From the IMG/VR virus record IMGVR_UViG_3300009514_000009: DNA of 45,072 nucleotides. One strand, written 5' to 3'. Of the stretch, positions 8,299-16,671 are shown piece after piece. The stretch comes from a virus. Its lineage: Duplodnaviria > Heunggongvirae > Uroviricota > Caudoviricetes. Below the pieces are notes generated by a model. That model was given only the letters and a program-made list of their open reading frames with translations, had not been told where the DNA came from and did no database searches. Numbering within the stretch: the first letter of the stretch is position 1; each line of letters begins with the position of its first letter. The position numbers were made by a program, and so were the translations under genes.

Positions 8299-9332
8299 TA
8301 GTCGTCGTCGAACAGGAAGTCGAGCGGTCCCGACTCCTCGGGCTCGTCCGGCTCCGGGGCGGCTGGGGGCGAGGCCGCTACTGCCTTGGCGTCACGCTTG
8401 GCCTGCCGAGCAGCTTCCAGTGCAGCCTCTCGGTCAGAGGCCCTCGGGTACTTCGCCGCCAGCTTCTCGTCGATGTCGATGAGGTAGCTGCTGCCGTACT
8501 CGTCATCCTCCAACCCGTCGAGGAGCACCTGTGGGAACGTCTTGAGCGTCTCCTCACAAACGGCCGCCGCGGGCATGGCGATGGCCGCCACGGTGTCCAC
8601 GTCGCCCGTGAAGGCCACGGACAGCCGCAGGACGTGGGCAAGGTCGGTCCCCTGCATGAACGCGGTGAGGGCGGCTCGCACGGTGTCCACGCCGTTGGAA
8701 CCCACCTTGCCGGTCCACGCCTCCTCAAACTTCCAGCCGGGCAGCCAACGGTCGAGGAAGAACGGCAACTCAGCCTTCGGCCCGAGGCAGTGGTAGCGGT
8801 GATGGAACATCAAGGCCGCTGCCGCTGCCGCGACCATGCCCGTCTCCGTGGCGTGGGTCAGCGAGGCTTGGAGCATCGCGAGGTCGATGACCTCTTGGGT
8901 GTCGGTGAGGAAGCCCACGGGGAACGCCCGCATGGCCCCACCGTTCTTGTTCGATGTCGGGTTGAGGCGGGCGGCGAGCTGTGCTCCGACCCAGCCTCCC
9001 TTCTCCGCTTCGCACAAGAGGTCGTAAAAGCCGCCGGAGTAGCCGGTGCGATGGTCGCGGGTGAACGCCCCGAGCCAGCGACTCGCGAGGGCGATGATGT
9101 TCCACCTGCCGTCATCGAGCATGTGCTCAGCCAGACCGAGGGCCATCTGCGTGTCGTCCGTGTACTGGCCGGGTTGGATGCCTCCGGGCTCCTTCGACCA
9201 CTTCGGGTGCGGCTGGTAGCCCGACAAGTCGTTGCTTGCACGCACCTCCTTGGACGGGACGTACTCGAACCCCGCCCCGTAGGCGTCAGAAACAGCGCAG
9301 GCGAGAAGCGGTCCTATGGTGTCCTTGCTCAT
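8298..9332 (-). CDS. ADP-ribosylglycohydrolase (ARH/DraG family)
   Basis: AVSDAYG, YTDDTQMA, NGGAMR, LTH, GDVDTVAAI motifs. Confidence 0.9.
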   Translation of the reverse strand: MSKDTIGPLLACAVSDAYGAGFEYVPSKEVRASNDLSGYQPHPKWSKEPGGIQPGQYTDDTQMALGLAEHMLDDGRWNIIALASRWLGAFTRDHRTGYSGGFYDLLCEAEKGGWVGAQLAARLNPTSNKNGGAMRAFPVGFLTDTQEVIDLAMLQASLTHATETGMVAAAAAALMFHHRYHCLGPKAELPFFLDRWLPGWKFEEAWTGKVGSNGVDTVRAALTAFMQGTDLAHVLRLSVAFTGDVDTVAAIAMPAAAVCEETLKTFPQVLLDGLEDDEYGSSYLIDIDEKLAAKYPRASDREAALEAARQAKRDAKAVAASPPAAPEPDEPEESGPLDFLFDDD

Positions 9333-9336
9333 GCTC

Positions 9337-9367
9337 TCACTACTGCCGAGGCGGCAGATTTGAGCCC
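9337..9367 (-). promoter_or_regulatory. conserved bipartite motif copy 4
   Basis: GGGCTCAA-N15-AGTAGTGA, ending 4 nt before ATG 9332. Confidence 0.7.
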
Positions 9368-9371
9368 CACG

Positions 9372-10022
9372 CTACCCCGGCGGGGGCATCACCGCTGCGG
9401 CATGGATGTGGCGAATCAGACGGCACTGGCACAGAAGCAACAGCTTGAGGTTCTCGTAGGCCGGGTACTGCCGCGGGAACTTGCGGCGAGCATTGCGGAT
9501 GAGCGGGTGGAACCACTCGCCCACCTCTGTGACGTACTCGGCCTGCTTCTTGTAGTCGAACACGCCCTGCATCGTCTGGAGGTTGTGCGCCCGGTCAGCC
9601 AGTTTCACGATGCTCGCGATGGGGCACTCCGCCATGTCGGCGAAGTACCGGGAGTAGTCCTTCGTCAGACCACTGGTCTTCTTCGACAGACGCCACACCG
9701 CGTTGGTGATGCGCTCGCCAAACCGCTTCTCGACCATCTCGGTCGTCCACTTGTCGCCGTGGTCCTCCAGCAGGTCGTGCAGGAACGCCGCCGCGATGGT
9801 CTCCTCGGGGAACTTGAGGTGAGGGGCCAGCGTGGACAGCAAGCGGGCCACCGAGAGCTGGTGGTGGAATTTCGGCGTCTCCCCGTCTTTCCGGGTGCCC
9901 TGCTCCAGCCCCCGGACCAGCTCCAAGGCCTCCGCCCCGGTGTAGAAGCCCTTGCCCTCCAACCAGCCACGCATCACCGAGAGTTGCTTGCGGTGTCGAT
10001 CTGCTACGTTCTCACTGGTCAT
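9372..10022 (-). CDS. HD-domain phosphohydrolase, RelA/SpoT hydrolase (Mesh1/SAH)-like
   Basis: RKDGETPKFHH, AAAFLHDLLED, IVKLADRAHNL; RBS AGGAGG before ATG 10022. Confidence 0.85.
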   Translation of the reverse strand: MTSENVADRHRKQLSVMRGWLEGKGFYTGAEALELVRGLEQGTRKDGETPKFHHQLSVARLLSTLAPHLKFPEETIAAAFLHDLLEDHGDKWTTEMVEKRFGERITNAVWRLSKKTSGLTKDYSRYFADMAECPIASIVKLADRAHNLQTMQGVFDYKKQAEYVTEVGEWFHPLIRNARRKFPRQYPAYENLKLLLLCQCRLIRHIHAAAVMPPPG

Positions 10023-10042
10023 TGGTGGGCCTCCTACTGCCT

Positions 10043-10073
10043 CTACTACTGACCGTCGCCCCCTTCTGAGCCT
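10043..10073 (-). promoter_or_regulatory. conserved bipartite motif copy 5
   Basis: AGGCTCAG-N15-AGTAGTAG. Confidence 0.7.
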
Positions 10074-10495
10074 CCAACTGGGCCGGTCGCGTTCGCCCCG
10101 TAGACCTCGTAGAAGGCGTGCCACAGGGCCACCCGCTCTACGACCATCGGTCCGTAGATGGCCCAGTCGATGCTCATGTCGTCCCGCAAGGGAGCGCCGA
10201 CCGCTCGGTCCTCGATGTAGATGTGGCAGTGACACTTCGGCGAGTTCGTCCACGACCGTTGGTCCGGGTGGACCCCTGCCCCGGCGACCTTGACGCCTCG
10301 GGCCTCAAGCCAAGCTGCGGCTTCTGCAAGACTGCGGTCGCTGCGCATGGTGTTGAGCAGGAACACGACCGGGTAGTCCCGCTGGATCTCCAGCAGCCAC
10401 GGGATGGCCCCGAGGTCTTCGCCGTTCATGAAGGGGTAGCAGTGGCTGATGACCGTCGCGTCGATGTCCAGCCCGATGTACAGGGTCTTGCTCAC
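10046..10495 (-). CDS. HAD-superfamily hydrolase
   Basis: IGLDIDATV (DxD), LNTMR, YIEDR; GTG start overlapping upstream TGA. Confidence 0.75.
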   Translation of the reverse strand: MSKTLYIGLDIDATVISHCYPFMNGEDLGAIPWLLEIQRDYPVVFLLNTMRSDRSLAEAAAWLEARGVKVAGAGVHPDQRSWTNSPKCHCHIYIEDRAVGAPLRDDMSIDWAIYGPMVVERVALWHAFYEVYGANATGPVGGSEGGDGQ

Positions 10496-10848
10496 TCCCT
10501 CTCCTCGCCGCGCAGCTTGGACCACTCGTCGTCGGTCAGCTCACGCCACTTGCCGTCGAACTCCACGTCGTACTCCTCTGGGCCGTTGGGCGACGAAGGG
10601 TACGTCACCCCTCGGATGTACCCCTCCCACGCCCAGATGCCGTGGTCGGGGTTGTCGCCTTGGCCATGCTCAAACACATCGTTCGCCCCGAGCATCCCCT
10701 CGACGATCTCGCGGATGATCCACGGGCTGGCAGCAAGAATCGCCACCTCGGTCGTCACTGCGCTGAACGCGACGATGGCCGTCTGGAGAGACTGGGGCTC
10801 CGTTGCCTGCTTGTCGTCGAACAAGCGGGATAGGTCGATAGGGGCCAT
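10492..10848 (-). CDS. hypothetical protein, 118 aa
   Basis: Co-oriented in a tightly packed run; acidic C-terminus. Confidence 0.7.
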   Translation of the reverse strand: MAPIDLSRLFDDKQATEPQSLQTAIVAFSAVTTEVAILAASPWIIREIVEGMLGANDVFEHGQGDNPDHGIWAWEGYIRGVTYPSSPNGPEEYDVEFDGKWRELTDDEWSKLRGEERE

Positions 10849-10851
10849 GTG

Positions 10852-12024
10852 TCAGTCCTTGGCGGGCACGATGCAGCCGTGCCCTTCGATGTTGAAGCCG
10901 TTGCGCATGTCCTCGGTCAGCTCGCGCTGGTTGTCCCGCACTGTACCCGGCGGGGCGTAGGGCACGGTCGGGAGGCCAGGCACCTGCTCATGGAAGTGCA
11001 GCACAGGCGTGATGAGGTCGAGGAACTGCTGGGCGTACCGGATGAGCAGCACGGCATTCAGCGTCGGCTTGTTCCAGCCCTTCGGCACTGTGACCGTCCG
11101 CCGCTTGGGGTCCCACGCCGTCACCAGAGTGGAGTCCTCCGCGGTGAACACCGCCCCCTTCTCCCGAGGAGAGACGAGCCAGCCCACCCGGCCCCCGCTG
11201 ATGGTCGTCGGGATCGCCACGGCCCCGAACACCCGGTCGCCCTCAAAGGGCAGGAACCGGCTGCGATGCTGCTTGACGAGTCGGTCGAAGGTGCCCTTGG
11301 CGTTCCAGCAGTCCGCCAAGTACAGCATCCCCTCCCGCTCGTCATAGGTCGTCGAGTAGTGCTCGTCCTCGACCACCGCCCGCAGGGCGTCGAACAACCC
11401 GTCGAAGTCGTTGTCGTACTCGTGGACGCTGCGGTCCTTGTAGATGAGCAGCTTGCGCTTGAGCCCATGCCCCATGTCGTTGGCGAGGACCACGTTGCAG
11501 CGGCTCTTGAGCAGCACCCCGTAGGCCGCCTCCACCAGCTCCTCCTCCGTCGAGCCGATGAGCATCTTGCAGCCGATGAGCGTGAGCTTCGGGTTCTCCC
11601 GCTTCATCTCCTCGATCACCCGAGGGGCGAGGATGAACGGGACTTGGATCATGTCGCCGACGTGGTAGCCCGCGGTCGGCATCTTGCCGCAGTAGGGCAC
11701 CTTCGGAATCCAGTTCACCACGGCTGCCGCCATGATGGCGGCGTCCTGCCGCGGAGCCTCCGCCTTGCACAGCTCGCGGTAGCTGTCGAAGCCGTCGTGA
11801 CGAAGCAGCCGGATGGCGGGCATACGGATGCCCGGAGCAGGCCGATAGTCGCCGACATCGGGGTTCTTCCCCATCGTGTCGGGGATCAGCAGCGTGACTT
11901 GGTGCTCCAAGGAGGCCAAGTAGCCTGCGAGCTTGCAGGCCCAGATGCCTCGGACCCGGTTGCCCACGAGCTTGTTGTCGTCGAGGCGGCCATAGACCTG
12001 CCCCGCCGTGATGAGCACCTTCAT
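10852..12024 (-). CDS. CoaB-like (phosphopantothenate-cysteine ligase fold) protein with an extra C-terminal domain
   Basis: KVLITAG, D-x-x-x-x-x-GN, AIMAAAV, LIGCK, VVLAND motifs; ATGA coupling to SDR. Confidence 0.75.
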   Translation of the reverse strand: MKVLITAGQVYGRLDDNKLVGNRVRGIWACKLAGYLASLEHQVTLLIPDTMGKNPDVGDYRPAPGIRMPAIRLLRHDGFDSYRELCKAEAPRQDAAIMAAAVVNWIPKVPYCGKMPTAGYHVGDMIQVPFILAPRVIEEMKRENPKLTLIGCKMLIGSTEEELVEAAYGVLLKSRCNVVLANDMGHGLKRKLLIYKDRSVHEYDNDFDGLFDALRAVVEDEHYSTTYDEREGMLYLADCWNAKGTFDRLVKQHRSRFLPFEGDRVFGAVAIPTTISGGRVGWLVSPREKGAVFTAEDSTLVTAWDPKRRTVTVPKGWNKPTLNAVLLIRYAQQFLDLITPVLHFHEQVPGLPTVPYAPPGTVRDNQRELTEDMRNGFNIEGHGCIVPAKD

Positions 12025-12809
12025 TCCTTCACTCCTTCGATCAGCCGAATCCAAAGCCTTGCGCTGGTCGTCATCGCAGTCTTGGCCCACCACCGGGGGT
12101 GGTACTCCCCCTCGCGGGACACTGGCAGCAGACGAGCCCCCATGCCGGGATAGGACACCGGCCTACGGGCCGCGGCGTCCTTCAAGATGCCCGTGACGAA
12201 CCACTGCGGGCCGGGGCCGAACTGCACGAGAGGCTTGGACCAGCCCGTGCCGCCTGCCACCCGACCCCAGATGCCTGAGTAGATGAAGCCCATCGAGATC
12301 AGCATCAGGTTGATGCCGCTGAACGAGTAGACCTCCCGGCTCTCCCGCCACCACGCGACCATCTCCCGCTTGACCGTCTGGTAGACCCGCAGGCCGGGCA
12401 CGTCATCCATGCCCGCCGAGGCAGAGGTGACCACTGCCACGGTCCCACCGCTCATCCGCGGGCGGAGCCCCTCCAGCAGAGCCACCGGCCCTGTGAAGTC
12501 CGTCTGCCGCAACGCCTCCTCGTCCTCGACGCGGGACCCGAGGATGGCGTTGCCCGCCAGATGGAACACGTAGTCCACACGGGGTGGCAGCGCGGTCAGC
12601 ACCCACTTGATGTCTTCCGGGTCAGCGAAGTCGCAGCGGTAAGGCTGGGCTCCCCGGTTGCCGAGCTGCCGCAACTTGTCCCGGTTGCGGCCAAGGACAT
12701 GCACACTGGCCCCAAGGGACAGCAGCTCGTAGGCCACGGCCTCCCCGTTGCCTGAAGTCGCCCCAGTCACGACGCAGACGGCCCCCTCATACTCGCGTCG
12801 CAGGTTCAC
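12021..12809 (-). CDS. short-chain dehydrogenase/reductase
   Basis: VVTGATSGNG (TGxxxGxG), FHLAG, YQTVK (YxxxK). Confidence 0.85.
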   Translation of the reverse strand: MNLRREYEGAVCVVTGATSGNGEAVAYELLSLGASVHVLGRNRDKLRQLGNRGAQPYRCDFADPEDIKWVLTALPPRVDYVFHLAGNAILGSRVEDEEALRQTDFTGPVALLEGLRPRMSGGTVAVVTSASAGMDDVPGLRVYQTVKREMVAWWRESREVYSFSGINLMLISMGFIYSGIWGRVAGGTGWSKPLVQFGPGPQWFVTGILKDAAARRPVSYPGMGARLLPVSREGEYHPRWWAKTAMTTSARLWIRLIEGVKE

Positions 12810-13459
12810 TTCGCCCTCCGGGTGCAGGTCCACGTCGAGGATCTACCGCGGTAGATCACGTCAACGTCGAACCAGACGGCCAACTGGTCATGCAACTCGT
12901 GATGCTTGTGCCAGTGGAAGCGGGTCACGTCGTACCCGAGGCCGGGGCTCGCTTGCAGGTGGTACACCGTGCGCCCGAACCAGCCGGACGCCTCGATGAA
13001 TCGCCTGCCCTCGTACTTGTACGTCTTGAGCGACCAGCGGGGCTTCTCAAACAGGTTGAAGACCAGCTTGCCGCCGGGCTTCTTCAGCAGACCCCAGACC
13101 CAGTTGAGCATGAAGCGGTGCCACCCGAGGTAGGCCGCCGCCTGTCGGCAGATGATGAGGTCGAAGCTGCCGAGGATCTCGGGCTGTTGGTCGCCGAACG
13201 TCTGACCCAGATGGTTGGCGTCGCCCGCGTACTGCGTGATGCGCTCGTCCGGGCAGCGGGGGTTGAGGTCGAGCAGGGTGATCGTCGAAGGGTCCGCCCC
13301 TCGGCGGAGGCACTCCAGCGAGATCGCCCCCGTGCCACCACAGAGGTCGAGCACCTTCATGCCCGGCGTGTAGCCAGCATGGTCCAGCAGCTTGCCGGGA
13401 TTGTTCAGCCAGCGGGCGTACAGGGCATCGTACTTGTCGGTCGTGCAGCTTCTGTCCAC
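12806..13459 (-). CDS. class I SAM-dependent methyltransferase
   Basis: VLDLCGGTG, LLDLN, FDLIIC; GTG 13459 follows RBS GGAGG. Confidence 0.85.
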   Translation of the reverse strand: MDRSCTTDKYDALYARWLNNPGKLLDHAGYTPGMKVLDLCGGTGAISLECLRRGADPSTITLLDLNPRCPDERITQYAGDANHLGQTFGDQQPEILGSFDLIICRQAAAYLGWHRFMLNWVWGLLKKPGGKLVFNLFEKPRWSLKTYKYEGRRFIEASGWFGRTVYHLQASPGLGYDVTRFHWHKHHELHDQLAVWFDVDVIYRGRSSTWTCTRRAK

Positions 13460-13473
13460 TTGCACCTCCGACC

Positions 13474-13504
13474 CAACTACTCGCCACGTCCCCGGTTTGA
13501 GCCC
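13474..13504 (-). promoter_or_regulatory. conserved bipartite motif copy 6
   Basis: GGGCTCAA-N15-AGTAGTTG. Confidence 0.75.
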
Positions 13505-13545
13505 CGTGTTGGGCGGGTAGGGTGGGCAACCGATGGAGGTGACGC

Positions 13546-14487
13546 ATGACGCACTTGCAAGTCATCAAAGGTGGCGAAGTCATGGGCATGGGCCTCGCGG
13601 ACTACGTGTGGCTCGGCGATGACGGTGAGATCAACTTCAAGAAGAAGAGCATCCTGATCGCCAAGAACGAGAAGGGTGACCCCGCCCCGCTGGCCGACCG
13701 CTGGACCTTCGCCGACTGCGACTGCGACTGCGACTGCGGGGGCATCTGCTCCGGTGAGTCGAAGGCCCGCATCCTCGTGCCGTGCTTCTACCTGCCCGAC
13801 CCCACTCGCCCGCAGCCGAACTACATCGTGTTGTGCGAGGTGCGTGACGAGCAGGACCACTGCACTGGGACCAACGAAAGAGCCAAACTCCGCAAGGCCC
13901 TCAAGGACCGCGGCCCCACGGCCAACCTCGTCTGGTTCGGCTTTGAGCAGGACTACGAGCACAGCGAGGCCGGGGAGCAGGAGAGCGACGCCTTTGAAGC
14001 CCGCCGGTTCGGGGCCGCAGAGAGGCACATCGGGGCCTGCTTCGATGCCGGGCTCTTGTTCCACAGCGCGTGGAACCCGCCGGGCAACTCGACGTGGGAC
14101 TTCAAGGTCGGCTACCGGGGCTTCCCGCAAGACCTCGACCCGGACCCGCCCAACGCCCTGATCGTCGCGGATCACCTGATCATCGCCCGCTACCTCATGG
14201 AGAAGATCTGCGGCAGCCAAGGCCTGCGGCCCTTCTGGGCGGACCTCTCCGTGTTCCTCTCGACCCCCGCCTTGCGCGACCTCGACTCCGACCAGAAGGC
14301 GGAGTCGGAGCACATCGAATGGGCCGTGTCAGGGCTGGGCGACCCCCGGATTCTGCCCCATCCAACGCGGGGTGGATTCCAGTGCATCGAGGTCAGCCGG
14401 GAGGAGCCCGGCGACCCCTATCGTGTGGCTCTCGACGTGCTGGACGCCGTGTGGCCCTTGGAAGAACCTCGTACCTCAGAGGAGTAG
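13546..14487 (+). CDS. glutamine synthetase (GSII-like) fold protein, degenerate
   Basis: DYVWLG, YLPDP...IVLCEV, WFGFEQDY, HIGACFDAG, WDFKVG, ADHLIIARYLMEKI, DPY. Confidence 0.7.
   Translation: MTHLQVIKGGEVMGMGLADYVWLGDDGEINFKKKSILIAKNEKGDPAPLADRWTFADCDCDCDCGGICSGESKARILVPCFYLPDPTRPQPNYIVLCEVRDEQDHCTGTNERAKLRKALKDRGPTANLVWFGFEQDYEHSEAGEQESDAFEARRFGAAERHIGACFDAGLLFHSAWNPPGNSTWDFKVGYRGFPQDLDPDPPNALIVADHLIIARYLMEKICGSQGLRPFWADLSVFLSTPALRDLDSDQKAESEHIEWAVSGLGDPRILPHPTRGGFQCIEVSREEPGDPYRVALDVLDAVWPLEEPRTSEE
13714..13737 (+). repeat. hexamer tandem repeat (GACTGC)4 encoding DCDCDCDC
   Basis: Read directly from sequence. Confidence 0.95.
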
Positions 14488-14489
14488 CT

Positions 14490-15212
14490 GTGCCAAAACC
14501 ACGCCGCAAGGTCATCGTCGTCGAAGGGCTCATCGGATCGGGCAAGACCACCCTGAGCAGGGAACTGGGGATCGCCCTCGGCGAAAAGACCCTCACCCTG
14601 TTCGAGCCCGATGAGAAGGGCGAGGGGGGCGGGGGCAATCCCTACCTCGCGGACTACTACGCCGACCCCAAGCGGTGGAGCTTCGTGCTGCAAGTCCACC
14701 AGCTTCAGGCCCGCTACCGGATGCACCTCCAAGCCCAGTGGCACGCCATGCAGGGCTTCGGACATGCCGTCCTCGACCGCAGCTACTTCGGCGATACCGC
14801 CTTCGCCCGGCTCCAGCTCAAGGGCGGGTTGATGTCGGAACGAGAGTTCGCCACCTACTCCAGCATCTACCAAGCCATGACCGCCGGAGTCCTCCTCCCC
14901 TCGGTCTGCGTGCGGGTGCTCGCTCAGCCGGAGATCTGCGAGCGACGAGTTGCCAGCCGCATGGAGAAGGAGACGGGGCGGAAGTGCGAACAGGCCATCG
15001 ACCTCGACTACCTGCGTGGACTGGAGACAGAGATCGACCACATGGTCGCCGTGCTTCGCGGCATGGGCGTTTGCGTGATTGATATGGCTTGGGACGTGGA
15101 TCGGGACTCCCCCGAGATGCGGCGTAGTGCCGTCGAGGCCCTCGCCTCACGGATCGTCGCCCACACCCCGCCCGACTTCTTCCTCGACATGCACCGCCGA
15201 ACCCTCCCCTGA
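14490..15212 (+). CDS. deoxynucleoside kinase family protein
   Basis: VEGLIGSGKTT P-loop, FEP, YYADPKRWSF, LDRSYFGD; GTG start. Confidence 0.9.
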   Translation: MPKPRRKVIVVEGLIGSGKTTLSRELGIALGEKTLTLFEPDEKGEGGGGNPYLADYYADPKRWSFVLQVHQLQARYRMHLQAQWHAMQGFGHAVLDRSYFGDTAFARLQLKGGLMSEREFATYSSIYQAMTAGVLLPSVCVRVLAQPEICERRVASRMEKETGRKCEQAIDLDYLRGLETEIDHMVAVLRGMGVCVIDMAWDVDRDSPEMRRSAVEALASRIVAHTPPDFFLDMHRRTLP

Positions 15213-15637
15213 AACCCCCCGAGAAACTCACCGATTCTCCGTGAACCCGGAAAGCCCTTGCCCAGCATAGGTTTTCTGGACCCTGCGGGACATTTTCCCC
15301 CCTCGCTTTGGGTTCGGAGGGGGGAAACTGCCCCGCACCCGAGAATCTGGATTCCCGACCGGCAAGAAACTCCCCTTCTTGGCCCTTGGGATTCTCTTGA
15401 CGGTGCTCTAAGCGGTTTTTCGCAGCATAGAGGCCCACTTCAGCCGTTTCTTCCGGGTGCTTTTCAGATTCTCCGGGCGGGAGAATCTGGCAAGAATCAG
15501 GACGTGAGAACCGCGAGTTCAACCTGAGAGGGTCGGGGGCAACCACCCCCTTTCTCGGCCAAAGGGGGTCTACCCCCCCGAGAAATGCGGGGTAGAGGTC
15601 CGCACCCAACGCGAAGGCCCCGAGATTCGGGGTGAGA
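15213..15637. other. non-coding gap between convergent gene blocks with GAGAATC repeats
   Basis: GAGAATC/GATTCTC at 15233, 15341, 15390, 15467, 15481; A/T tracts and G/C runs; no credible ORF. Confidence 0.6.
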
Positions 15638-16066
15638 TCAGCGGGGGGTTTGAACGGTAGATGTGGCGAGCCGCATGTCATCCAACCCAGTGAGCAGGAG
15701 GATCGCGGTTCCGCTGGTCGGGTCGTAGGAGGCCTCGATGAACACCCCATCGCCGTACGCGGTGCCCTCTGGTTGGGGGCCTGCCAGCTCGGTCACGGTG
15801 GCCTCGTCCGGCCCCACGTTCACCCCGTGCTTGGTTAGCAGGGCCAGCAGATGGTCTGCGGCCTCCACCAGCATGGAAGGCGCAACGACCATCGTGACGT
15901 TGGGGATGCCCTTGCCCGTGACTGGGTCCGTCAGCATACAGCCCTCGTGAGGGCCACCGACCTTGGACACGCCGTCACCCGAATCGGTGGTGCGGAGGTT
16001 GTTGCTGTTGAGCAGCCGGACGACCTTGCGGATGCCGGGGTCGATCTCGTCGTAGGGGATGATCAT
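15638..16066 (-). CDS. hypothetical protein, 142 aa
   Basis: MIIPYDEIDPGIRKVVRLLN...; ATGA coupling. Confidence 0.7.
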   Translation of the reverse strand: MIIPYDEIDPGIRKVVRLLNSNNLRTTDSGDGVSKVGGPHEGCMLTDPVTGKGIPNVTMVVAPSMLVEAADHLLALLTKHGVNVGPDEATVTELAGPQPEGTAYGDGVFIEASYDPTSGTAILLLTGLDDMRLATSTVQTPR

Positions 16067-16587
16067 GTTCGCTTGTTCCCGTGGCGGTAGGCGCGGGTCA
16101 GGTTGTAGGCGTGCTTCTGCTCCATGATGGCCTGAAGGTCGATGCCAGCCCACTCGCAGAAGTCGAGGATGCGGATGATCACGTCCGCCAGCTCGGTGGG
16201 CACGCCCTCCGGCTTGTTCGGCTTCTCCGGGTCGAAGTACGTCTCGGTGACCTCGTGCCCGTTGCGGTACTCCTCGTAGGCCTCGGCGACCTCGGAGGTG
16301 AACAACATGAAGATGTCGCCGATGGCCCGCGGCTTGTCCCACCAGCCCTTGTCCTTGGCGTACTGGTGGATGGCCTTCGCCCACCCATTGATGGTCTGCG
16401 GGTGGATGGCCTTCGCCCACCCATTGATGGTCTGCGGGGGGCTGGCCGCCTCCGGCTCTGTTCCACCATCCGGCCAGATGTGGCCGTACTCGTTGTTGAT
16501 GGAGATGAGCAGGCGACGGAGCGGGTGGTCCTCCGCCATGTCGTCGCTGCGGGCGGCAAGTTCACGAGCTGCGTCAATGTCGATCAT
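16063..16587 (-). CDS. MazG-like all-alpha NTP pyrophosphohydrolase
   Basis: SEVAEAYEEYR, ELADVIIRILDF, KHAYNLTRAYRHG. Confidence 0.9.
   Translation of the reverse strand: MIDIDAARELAARSDDMAEDHPLRRLLISINNEYGHIWPDGGTEPEAASPPQTINGWAKAIHPQTINGWAKAIHQYAKDKGWWDKPRAIGDIFMLFTSEVAEAYEEYRNGHEVTETYFDPEKPNKPEGVPTELADVIIRILDFCEWAGIDLQAIMEQKHAYNLTRAYRHGNKRT
16365..16438. repeat. perfect 36-bp tandem duplication, in frame (PQTINGWAKAIH x2)
   Basis: Units 16366-16401 and 16402-16437 are identical. Confidence 0.95.
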
Positions 16588-16671
16588 GGGTCCTCACACC
16601 GGGTCCGGTTCATCTGCGGGATCATCGTCGTCGTACATGGAACCCATACCCGCCGAAGTCCGGGGATGGAC

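Noticed and set aside
16594-16647. Tiny ORF MGSMYDDDDPADEPDPV between tdk and the MazG-like gene
   Set aside because: Only 17 codons with a weak RBS; cannot be supported.
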